From positions 1 through 39,944 of the forward strand of contig JAHLWZ010000554.1 in NCBI GenBank assembly GCA_020536535.1: a DNA stretch of 39,944 nucleotides, read 5' to 3'. Shown here one piece after another: positions 1 to 10,562 of the stretch. Under the pieces are notes generated by a model, which saw only the letters and a list, made by a program, of their open reading frames with translations, searched no databases and had not been told where the DNA came from. The position numbers were made by a program, and so were the translations under genes. Source of the DNA: Pelomyxa schiedti. Taxonomy: Eukaryota > Protista > Evosea. Position 1 is the stretch's first letter. Every line of letters starts with the position of its first letter.

Positions 1-1342
1 CTTTTCAATGCCTTGCATAACATACCGTAATGCTCCCAACTCGTTGGTGTTGGTGCTCTTTCTGACAACCACTTCACAACTGAAACAGAGCCCTCCTTAT
101 CATTTGCACACGTTTCCTGGAGCAACTTCACGGTGACAGGGATGTGCTTCTCCTCCACTGCCCATTGGATGAGACAAGGTTCACAGTGTGAGGCCATTTC
201 CACAAGACTCGATGGAGTTACCTCAATGTGGAAAGCAGCAATGGCCCACTTCAGCACACTCAAGCTCCCTGTTATACTGGCAATTCTAACCTCAGCCGAT
301 GAGAACTTCTCCTTTGCCCACTGACACAATTTCAACACCTCCGAGTCACTTCTGTCCTCAGTAATGGCAGTAAGGGATGTCATTAGGAGGTCACTCCCGG
401 TTTCCCACTCATTGGTGCATCCAGGGAACATTTCCATTGTGAACTCGGCCACCTCAATACCACCATAACCGAGAACCTCACCAATGTGCAGCCCAGAACC
501 CCGAAGTGCAGCACCTGAACCCCTTAACCCTGGGAACCTCTCACACAACCACTTGGCCACATCCAAATGACCCCTGTTCAGAGCACCAGCCAAGGGGTAA
601 ACAGCTTCCCACTGTTCCGTCATCCCGAGCCTCTCCACCACCCACTTTGCAGTCTCCAAGTGGCCGTTCGCACAGACACTGTACAGCAGCGGGGGGCGCA
701 GGGTATCGTCAGCAGGGTACCCAATTCTGCTCCTGATGATGTCCATCAGCTCCCTGTCACTGCGAGCATCACCCGGCCACGCCAGGCCACACTCTTCCCT
801 CCACCACCTCCTCGTCATTGTCACCGCAGCAGAAGAAGATGACGAGGATAGGTGTGGTAAACATGAGGATCCACGTGAAGCTGTTGCTTCGCCGCCATTA
901 CAATCACCAACGAGGGACTTTGCCAGCTCAGTGTGGCCACCGCTGCACAGGCCCCACAGAACTCCCATAATAGCCCTTTGCCCTCTGGCGGTTCGGGGCA
1001 TTCCTCCTCCTCGCCTCGCACGCGCCTGGTTTTTGTCGCGTGCTATCCACCTGATGCACGAGGTGGCGCCGGCGAGCGCTGCCCACTCGAGGAGCCGGCG
1101 CGTGGCCACGCCCGAGGCGACCGCGGGCAGGGCCGCGACGTGGCGGCAGGCTAGGGGCACGAGGGGCCACAGCGCCTCGCCCACGCTCATCACCCACGCC
1201 GCGTACTCCGACGCCGTGTTGAGGTCGAGGTCGAGGTCGAGGCCGGGGTTCCGGCGGGCGCGGCGGCGGGCGGGGCACCACGCCAGCATGCGGGGCACGA
1301 CGTGGGTCCACACAACGTGGGACACACTGAGGACCCATCCCA

Positions 1343-1343
<1 letters not shown>
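1..1343 (-). CDS. Intronless ankyrin-like repeat protein (3' end runs off the window)
   Basis: Open frame from ATG at 1343 (MGWVLSVSHVVWTHVVPRM...) to the window edge, about 447 codons; absent from the ORF track because it has no stop. Degenerate ankyrin motifs WGLCSGGHTELAKSLV, LYSVCANGHLETAKWVVERL, GALNRGHLDVAKWLCERF. Confidence 0.75.
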
Positions 1344-1374
<31 letters not shown>

Positions 1375-1442
1375 ACGGCTGTGCGGGACATTGGGATTTG
1401 ATTTGAAACAAAAGTTAAAATTTAATTTGTGATGATTTATGT

Positions 1443-3124
1443 TCATACGGAATTGTATTTACGACGTTTGTGTTTGCTCTTTGAACAACAACAGGTGTGT
1501 ATGCAACAGGCGATGGCAATCAGAATCAGCAGTGCAAGGGCACACAAACACATCAATTTCCAGTCTGTGCTAGTTTTAGTATTTTTTTTTATTGAGATAA
1601 GTTACGGTCTGTGATCCATTCAATCCACTCGGCTTCACTGCTTATTTCTGGACCTGTAATAATATTGAGACAGGGATAAAGGATAATACATGAATACTGT
1701 ATGCGGTTGTGTTACACTCTAAAGGGCAACTCGCGGATGTGGCTATTCCGCAGTTGTTGGCTTCATTTGCACACATCCATATATAGCCACTATGATTCGA
1801 TTTTAGAAAAAGAAATAGTTGCGGTGTTTTGGTTACCTTAGACCCCACAAGCTGCCCCAGGAGTTCCTGATAGTGATATTTATACTTCTGTCACTGGAAG
1901 GGTGGCTTACTTTACAATGTAGTAGTCATCTCCATCAAGTGAGGTACCCATCCCAACAGCAACTACAGCATGATCCAGCTCAGTTGAAGAACAGTCCGAT
2001 GGGCAGTAGACACCAGCAAAGTACAACCTTTTGACAGTTAATTCTGGCAATAGTGAGGAAGGGCAAAACTGGAAGGAAGTTGCATCAACAAGCACGGAGA
2101 CTGGCTGCTCAAGCAAAGCTGCTTGGAGACCCTTTTCTCCACCAGTGATCTCTTGATATGATAGAATATCTGCAACGTAAAGGCTACTGTTGGCACTGAA
2201 GTGCTCTCAAATTAAATTTTGGGACTTGAATCTTACTGGCAGGTTCCAACCACTTCTTCATACGGGTACTCGTTCTCCGCCATTAATCCCTCATCGATAA
2301 TGTAATCAAAAGCGTTCTCTGGGTTTCCCCCTTCACAGCCATCATTTCCATAGCCAGACTCGGCACAGTCAAGGAGGTGTTGCTCAGATAGAGACCGCAA
2401 TACTCCTGTTGCAATCGCTACACATCCTTCCACGCTCCTGTTTTAACATCACAGCAGTAACAACAAGTAGTATGTTACCCTGCAGCAGAAAACGACCAAC
2501 AGCTTCCACAATCTCCCTGCGAAAGTGAATCAGTTAAGGTTTTACAACTTCCTAAGTTTTAAAACCTGATTCTTTACATCTGTTACAGCGTCTTTATCTC
2601 TCCAGTCAATTGGCGTAACAGTTCCTAGTATTTCTGGATCCTTCACGGTGTTGTTTTTAGATACTGTAAATGGTTTGAGAAGGTATTTCGCCCTATCTCT
2701 ATGTCAGATAAAGAGTGGTGCTTGCCCGGTTACCAGACCTGAATTCCTCAGGAGTGATATCAGCAAAAGCATTCAAGCCCACGGTCCAAGAGTGACCCTC
2801 TGAGTTATGCTTCAAAACAAATTGCCTATTCTGCTTCCACACTCCAAACCGGAAACCCATCTCTTCCTCAGTGCCATACCTACAAGCAAAGTTGCACAAT
2901 CAGGACAGCTTGTACTGAAGGTATTTATTATTGAGTTTGGTTTCAATTCACTACACAAAAGAGACAAAGTAACACTACACTTTGTTATACGCGGCGGCCC
3001 AGCTGAAAAATTGATGGCGTAATTGCAACTGCGGGTCAACGTCAGGCAACAAACCCTCAGTGTCACCCCTGCATCCTAACCCACAAACAACAACCACAGC
3101 AATACAAACTAAACCCACCACCAT
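1443..3124 (-). CDS. Papain-family (C1A) cathepsin-L-like cysteine protease with I29 prodomain and C-terminal transmembrane anchor
   Basis: Signal peptide MVVGLVCIAVVVVCGLGCRG. Prodomain EEEMGFRFGVWKQN...GLNAFAD. Mature region IDWR...QGDCGSCWSF (catalytic Cys), LDHAVVAVG (His), KNSWG (Asn). Two further GT-AG introns (1697-1654, 1605-1565) extend the frame to ...WKLMCLCALALLILIAIACCIHTCCCSKSKHKRRKYNSV*. Confidence 0.92.
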
Positions 3125-3262
3125 CACATCACCTGGACTTCTGCTAAGAAAGGAATTTGGGGATGGCACCATTTTTACGAAGCCACGAACAATTTGATGA
3201 ACAGAAACAACTAGCAGTTATTTTTGTTAGTTGCAAAGGCCTGAGGTTTCGTCCCATAATTT

Positions 3263-6200
3263 TCATGATCCTTTCCCTGGGGGAGTGGAAGCCTGTTGTT
3301 GGGAGACTGATGGAGTTGTTGCTGTGGTGGATGACGATGGTGCTGATGCTGATGGTGATTGTGATGGTGAGGAAGAGGCAGGGAGGGACCTGCAGAAAGG
3401 ACATGAGCCAGTCCTTACCAGGGATAGCTCCCAGTCCTCCTCGTTGAAGAAGTGGCAGCAGGAGGGGCACAGGACCACAGGCACCTCAGGCACGACGGTC
3501 TTGTAGTACTGCGCGGGCACGTGGGGTGACAGGTGCTTCCACGAGGCTGTGAAGACCTCCCTGGGTGGCAGGAGTGACAGAACCCCGGCTCCTATCCTCA
3601 TCGTCCCTCTGGCTGCCCCTGACTGTTTTGTGTTTGTTGGTGTTAGTTTTTAGTTTTTAATTTTTAGTTTTTAGTTTTGATAGCAGGTGAAGGTGGAGGT
3701 TAGGGACTGGGAGGGAACCTCATATTGTTGTAGAAGTTGGTTGAAAATATCAAATGTATCTGTGCCCTCAAGGTCCAGAGTGTCTTTGGGTGTTAGCTTG
3801 GTTTTAGTGGGGGTGAAATGATATACCAACAGAGGGGTCACTTTGCGTTTGGGGAGTTGGCTCGGTTGCAATTTTTTCTTGTGCTTCTTCGTCTGTTACA
3901 TCTTCTGCAAGTTCAAATTCTACCAGCGGAAGCGGCTAATGACCGTGATCAGTGGGTAAGAAGAAAAAATTCCGGGAAGTACCTCAAAACTACCCCAGGA
4001 GAAAATAAACGGGTGGTCACATGAGATACACTAGTGTGGAGTTATTGTTTTAATTAAATGAGGTAAGATGCACATTATTTGTAGTAGGAATAGAAAATAC
4101 TAGTATTCATAAACCTACTACAATAGTAATGCATACCCTAGCGCCATGTGTACTGACAAGAGGATTTTTACCTCCACATCGGTAGCAGAGTGGACTCAGA
4201 TCCTGCATGGAGTGTAAAGGTAAATTTGAGGAGATAAATGTAACCTCATTGTCAGTAGCAGGCTTTGATTGTATAGCCAAACTGGCCAAGTCAACTTTTT
4301 CATCCCATGGGTGAGGAATGTGAAGGTGATGCAGCTTTTCAAAAGCAAATCTGGCCAACTTATAGGCTTCAAGGTTTCGGCTTTGTTTAGCCAGGGCATA
4401 AAGAACAAACCTGTGTGTATGTGAGCTGAGCAAGGGATGTTAAAGGGGCTATGTATACAATTTCTTTACACCAAGGGGTGCTGTGGCTTCGAGAGTGTTG
4501 ACCAGCCATTTGCTGATGTTGAAAATTGTTTCTTGGTGTAATGTAGTGAAGGGATTGACCTATGTGATGATGAAACGGCTCTATTGTAGTTTGGGAGGGG
4601 ACCATAAATTCATGCACAAACTGATAGGCAAAGTAAATCTCTGCTGTGGTGCGGAATTGCTGAAATTTATTCCAATGAAAATTATCAGCAGAAGTGAATT
4701 CTTATTGGGGCATGATAATTAGTGCCCGTAACAAATAAAACGGGTTGCACCACACCTCTTTGATTGTGGGAAATTAACTTCAAATGTGCAACTGCTAGTT
4801 GCCAGAAACAGTAGGAGGCGTCTCCAAATCGGCTTTGCTGCACAGAATTGTGGCACAGATGTTCTAAAATCTATAACCGTCATTAGTTCAAGAATAGTAC
4901 GGTGGTACTACTTTCAGTGCCGCGTCCGGTTTCCCTGCATCCAACAGAACTTTTTGTGCTTTGTCAAATTGATCTGTGATGGCCAGCCAGTTTGCATAGG
5001 GCAACCAAACTATTTCTCCTAATTTCGGATTGGCCTTAACTTCAGCTAGTGCTTTATCCCATTCGTTTTGTTCCACGTACAGCTGGACTATGCCCTGCCG
5101 ATCTTGATGATATAAGAAAAATAGTATTTTGTGGAAACTACCATTCAATTTGGTAAGTACATCAATTGCATATGCAACTTGCTTGTGCTTAATGAAATAA
5201 AAGGCGGCTTTCTTTAGTGCTGCGACTTCTTTTCTGTGCATACGAAGTTATTAACATGTGAAAAATTAATATGTAATACTTGTCGAATTTACTGGTAAGT
5301 TCATGCAACTGGGAAAACATTAAATGATCCCCATAGATTTCAACAACACGAGCATACTCCCCAATTTCCTCGTATATCTAAACTGGTTTATTTCTTTGCT
5401 GCTAAAATGATGACTATACGGCAGCGGCTTCACTCCACTTTTTATCTTTTTCTTCCGTGATTGCTTGGTTCCTCATTAAATCCTAGCAGACCATCAGTTA
5501 GGCTGTAAATATTAGGAATGCTACCATCAGATCAGTATCAGGCTTTGTGGTAGTAGTTGCGATACTTGCGTGTGAAGTTGTTGCCTTGGCAGCAAGGGAT
5601 TTTGCTTCCGACCACATTTGCAAATCTGAGTACATTTCCACTGCTTTTTTAACTGGATTTTGGTTTAGGTACATAAAATAATCGCCAGTGGGCACACCAT
5701 TTCCTGACTTTATGTATAAATCCGCGGCATATTTAAAATTTCCTACCACCTTTAGTCTGGAGAAGGAAGATTTTTCCTTAAAGAAACATAGGGACTCACC
5801 TTCATAGGCAGCAATTTCAGCTTGAAAAACCAGAGGATTGTAGTTCCTACAAAAATATTTGAGAAAAACCTTCACAAAATAAAGATACGGTAGTTTGGAG
5901 GCATGGTCAATTTTCTGGCAAAGTTCTATCATCCGCAGATCTTTTACTCTGATGAAGGCCAACTGAGCCACTCGCAGCTGGAGAGCCCTGTGTGTGATTG
6001 AGCGGTGCAGAAGGGAAGATATTTGACCTTAGTGCTTCCATCCCAAGGGTTTTCCAATCCTTTGGTGTTACACCTTAAATGAACGAATGAGACTGAAAGA
6101 AGAGTTCATTTCCACTACCAAGACAGGCAATGCCATAAGCTCCATCAAAGTCCTTTTTTTCAAGGTACCTATACAGACTAGCCGATTGGGGCATGTCTGC

Positions 6201-8759
6201 AATCAATAAATTCAATGCCATTGAAAAAGACTACTCTCACCAATTGTTTGTACACTGTTAGCATGCAATGAATAAATTTTTGAGCCTGAGGGCCATTGGG
6301 ACTATATTGAAGGAAGAATGAGTACCTTGGAATGCAACAACAAAGCCGTCTAGTTTTTGTTGATGGACAGGGTAATTGGCCACCTTGATGTTGATAGTTC
6401 CTTGCCCACTAAAGCACAACATATTTTCAATTTGGGAATTCCATGCTACACTGTTGGCGTGAGGTTCCTATAACACATCAGTGGCTGTGTAATGAAACCA
6501 AGGGAATCTTACACAAAACAGGAGTTCTTTCGTTTGTAAGTCATACACTCTAAGATTGTTTGCATCATCGACAACAGCCAATTTATTCCGACTGGAAAAT
6601 ATGTAAGTGTCAGTATTGTACATTGATACTACTTACGTGCAGTTTAAATTGACACAATTAACGCGTTTATCCAGCTTCACTAATACTGTTGGGAAAGGGT
6701 TGTGGATGAAGATTTTCAGTATTGTGCCCGATTTCAGAGCAAGTATGACTCCCTCTCTTCCAACCATTCCTCCTATCACTTTCAAGAATGAGACTTCTGA
6801 GTCAACAGACCATTCTCGTTCTTGGACCCCTTTGAAATTGTAGAGTTGCATATAAAGAGTCAAGGGTATTTCTGCAAAAAATCCAGGAAAGGTAAAAAGG
6901 AAGGATACAACTTTTGACCCTGCCACGTGTGAGTTAAGAATGGTTAAAAGTAGGAGAAAGCTTACATAGCATCTCATCACATTACTGGATAAAACAACAA
7001 GAATGGTGCACAAGTCGAGTCTCAGAGGAATTCTCCACCGGACTTGTGGGCTAAGTTCTATTGCACTATAAAAAAATCCCAGGCAATTCCATACAGACCA
7101 GTAGAATCAGGGGTTTGACCCAAGTCATAAACAAGAATACAATCAGGTAATAGTACAGCCAATCGATTGTTATACAGGGCAATCAACCTGTGAAATACAA
7201 TTAGGATGTAAGGGTGATGAATGGATGGCACCTTATGCATTGGTGACAGGACACTCGATACGTCATGTTTGATACCAGATGTTGCAGTACTACTTCTGTC
7301 AGTTCATGTCTGTATGCATAAATATCCTCCCGAAATAAGAATCAGAAATAGAGTGATGTGGGATACCTGGTGTAAAGCATGAACAGTGCCATAGTACATC
7401 TGATAACAAGTCACCTGGCCTGAATTGTCAGAAAATACCTGTGAGGATAATCCTGTGACTACATATATCACCTTAAAAAATATACCACTCTGTTTTTTCC
7501 TGGCTGCTGCTTGCAGCACCAAATCCATCCCTTTGCCTCCCCAAATGTGGACAAAAATACTCCCTCTTTTGATAAGAATGATATCTGATTTGAGAAATTA
7601 GAAATTAAAATTAATGCATTCGTAGTTGCCTTCCTATCAGACCCTCCAACACATAAACTTTCTCCATTCTCTAAATAGTTGATGGAACATGGATCAAAAC
7701 CCAGAACTTTGTCCTAAACGTTTCTTGAATTACCTCAAAGAAGAGAAGAATTTCAACCGGCCTTGCTGTTCTGCCATTCAGCTGGTAAAAGGACAGTCTT
7801 TTCTCCCAGTCACCAATGGTCAGTATGGGGTTTGGTTGTAAATCACTATGCATAAGTTATTACCTGTGGAACCACAAAATGGGAAGATACGAAGTTGGGC
7901 TCCATGCTAAACACCAAACTGGGGCATTTCTTTCTATTTTCATTTTTTCTTGTCCTTGCTTGTTTCTTATAGATACAACGCCAGTGTATTGGCCAAGGGC
8001 CATATATGAGCCAGTGTTATCCCATGCACAGCACAAAATGCGTGACTGTACAGGTGTTTTCTGAATATTTTTTACAGTTGTTACCCAAAGACCTGCCGAA
8101 AGGTAAATCTGAGGTAACTTAATTGAGTTATACCAAACTCCTGGGCCGTACAGCTGAGAAGCTGTGAATTTACAGGGTTGTAGGCTAAGCACTGAATTGA
8201 GCTGTTGTGGTTGTAGGTAAGATGCCCAGCCATTGTCTTGCTATCCCATATTATAACTGTGTTGTCTGCACTGTCAAGGTTTAGTTGGTGGATTTGCAAT
8301 TCAAGGTGCAACCCTCCACTGGCAAAATAGTCCCCAGAGCGATCATACGAAACACAATACACTGAGTTTGTGTGACCTGTTGTTTTCCCCCGTGTTTTCA
8401 TAAAGAAGAATGGTGTGAGCGAGACTACCTTTGAGATATTTGATTTTGTCACTTGGAGCACATTCATTAGTGGTGTCGTACACAGCCACTGAGGTCCCAA
8501 CACCGGCCACCATCTGGCTCCCGTCTTGTTTTGGTTTTAGTTTTTGTTAAGATATACAGTGAGCATACACACCCGGTTTAAATGCGATGTCATAAATGGG
8601 AGCAGCTTCTTCCATGGTTTTACCCTCCCACAATGTCAGTTTGGTGAATGGGAATAGAATGCAAATAAACACATAGGAGAGAGGCGGCACGACAACAAAA
8701 TAACGCAGTGTGTGGTAATACCATACCAGGCTCGTTATCCACACCAACGACGACCTCAT
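3263..8759 (-). CDS. IFT122: Intraflagellar transport protein 122 (IFT-A core; WD40 plus TPR-like repeats plus C-terminal Zn ribbon), many short introns
   Basis: Spliced translation [30 protein letters not shown]..., [86 protein letters not shown]. These match recalled IFT122 motifs in the correct order. Confidence 0.95.
6850..6908 (-). other. Putative U12-type (minor) intron with GT...AT termini in IFT122
   Basis: 5' end GTATCCTT, branch-point-like CCCTTGAC with A at -11, 3' end ...TTTATAT. Removal restores CYGQKLQLYNFKG, collinear with the recalled IFT122 CQEKRLQCLSFSG. Confidence 0.72.
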
Positions 8760-8856
8760 CTCCGCGACTGAGGGACGACGACGACCTGCTCAACAAACTC
8801 AAACCCAAACGCACTCTCGTATGTTTACGTTCCCAACCCAAACGACCTACGTCCCT

Positions 8857-8871
8857 GTTGCTTGTGGTAAC
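8857..8871. promoter_or_regulatory. X-box-like (RFX) palindrome upstream of IFT122
   Basis: GTTGCT-TGT-GGTAAC, one mismatch from GTNRCC(N0-3)RGYAAC, 98-112 nt upstream of the IFT122 ATG. Confidence 0.35.
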
Positions 8872-9207
8872 TCACCTTTGATTTCGCGAAAGCGAACCCC
8901 GGGGAGACAATAAAGTGGCGAATAGATTCGCTGCGGCAAGTAGCAGCGGCACAGATCAATAAAACCACATGGCACGGACTGTGGCTAATAGTGGTGGTAG
9001 AAGGGGGGATGGGAATGGCTCAGGCGTGAAAAAAGTAGTTGGTGTTGGCGGCGGCTCGTGTTCAGTGGCCGTGTGGTAGGTGAGTGGATCAACCTGCTTT
9101 TGTTGATTATATTGTGGGAATTAATGTACCTTGGTGTTATGTGGTGGAAAATGCTCTGCAGTGTACTTCGTATTCTTTTTCTTCTGCTTCTGGTGTAACC
9201 TATCCTA

Positions 9208-9756
9208 ATGGCCAATAGCAAGAAGACCAAGAAGAAGGCCAAGCCTGCACCAATCTATAAATCAAGCCCCACAAAGGCTAAATCCAAGTCTGCCGGCTCT
9301 GGAACATCACGGTTTTGATTGCCAACGATGTTATAAGTTTGTTGACTCTTTTGCCTAGATCTACATGGCAAAAACCCATTGTCGAGGTGCTTTTGCCCGA
9401 CTCGGAGATGGAGAAGAAAGTAGCAGCAATGTTCTCAGACTTGGAGAATGCGGAGGTTTTTAAATTACTTTGTGTGATTTGGTACTAACATTTTTCTGCA
9501 GCCTTTGATCACAGCCAGTACTACTCCATTACAGGGTGAGGCAAAGAAGAAAGTAGAAAGTGCAGAAATATTATTACACAGCAATAAGTCCAGCTCTGAG
9601 TCTGAATTGGATTCAAAGTCCTCTGAATCAGTTGGCACAGCAACACCCACAACAACAAACACCAGTACAGAAAACATTCAACAACAACAGATAAAAAGAA
9701 ATCCACCAACTAAAGCTTCCAACCCCCAAACATCCAGCAAAAGAAGGCGACTCTGA
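9208..9756 (+). CDS. Small basic, low-complexity hypothetical protein (3 exons), possibly nuclear
   Basis: MANSKKTKKKAKPAP...GTSR/STWQKPIVEVLLPDSEMEKKVAAMFSDLENAE/PLITAS...SSKRRRL*; two GT-AG introns keep the frame; basic clusters at both ends. Confidence 0.6.
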
Positions 9757-9852
9757 CTCTGGTGCTATGTTCGTTGATTTCATTCTTGATCAAAAAAAAA
9801 AAAACAACAAAAAACCATTGCCGAGACTGTGTTGGCGAGACAAACCAAGAAA

Positions 9853-10345
9853 ATGAGTGACACCAGTGAAGATCCGTACTTTGCACTTCAAGAGTATGTG
9901 AAAACGGGTTTCTCTCTCGTACTGTTCCTCACTGTGCCAGGGAAATTCAGGAGTCGTTGGATCAGATGCTCGCTTTGTGTGAGTTCCATAGGAGATCATG
10001 TCGGGAAGGGAGTTCCGATGACCAGAAGGAGGGCGACATTTGTTGTGACGCGACAACAAGACATATTAACGACACTGTGCATCATGTGGAGGAAGAGTTA
10101 GAGTGTGTTTTCGGTTGCTTGAGTGAAAGGCTAACTCTTTTTTTTTTCCAGGTTGCTTCAACAAACAATAGGTTGAGTGGGCAGCATGGCTTTTTCCTGT
10201 AATAATGAAACAAGGTATTGTGGAAGCAAACCGACTCAAGTATAGGACAATTGATGACCAGGAATTAGCTCAGAGGAAAGAATTTCTTGCCACATCCAGA
10301 GAAACACTCCAAAGAGCGAAACGTGAAATGGGGGGTATACCGTAA
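9853..10345 (+). CDS. Stand-alone syntaxin-6/Tlg1 N-terminal (Habc-like) domain protein, 4 exons
   Basis: MSDTSEDPYFALQEEIQESL...VEEELELLQQTIGIVEANRLKYRTIDDQELAQRKEFLATSRETLQRAKREM matches the recalled Syntaxin-6_N pattern (EDPFF..EV...DLEDLDETISIVEANPRKF..ELSIRKAFI). Includes a 20-nt microexon at 10152-10171. Confidence 0.8.
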
Positions 10346-10562
10346 CCCATTTTGTGCAGTACATTCATTGAAATATGTGGCCATTTGAATTGTGATAAGA
10401 GGGAGCAACAGGAAGTTCTGTTGTGGTTCTCCTTATTTATTAGAAACACTGTACACGAGGGATGAATGAACCGATCTTCTCAGTACTGCATTACGTAAAA
10501 TTTGGTAGCAGTCAGTGTTTTCCTGTCACTGGGGACAACAAACAGAGAACGTTCTCTGAGCT

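Noticed and set aside
1642-1697. Apparent GPI-like hydrophobic end SIHVLSFIPVSILLQVQK* of the protease
   Set aside because: Better explained as a 44-nt intron; splicing yields a proper TM helix and tail.
2518-2566. CCTTAAC (U12 branch-like) in a protease intron
   Set aside because: The donor is GTTTTA, not RTATCCT; treated as a U2 intron.
5847-7367. Other GTATC-starting IFT122 introns (GTATCTTT near 5888, GTATCCCA near 7366) as U12 candidates
   Set aside because: Imperfect U12 donor and no convincing CCTTRAC branch site; both end in ordinary AG.
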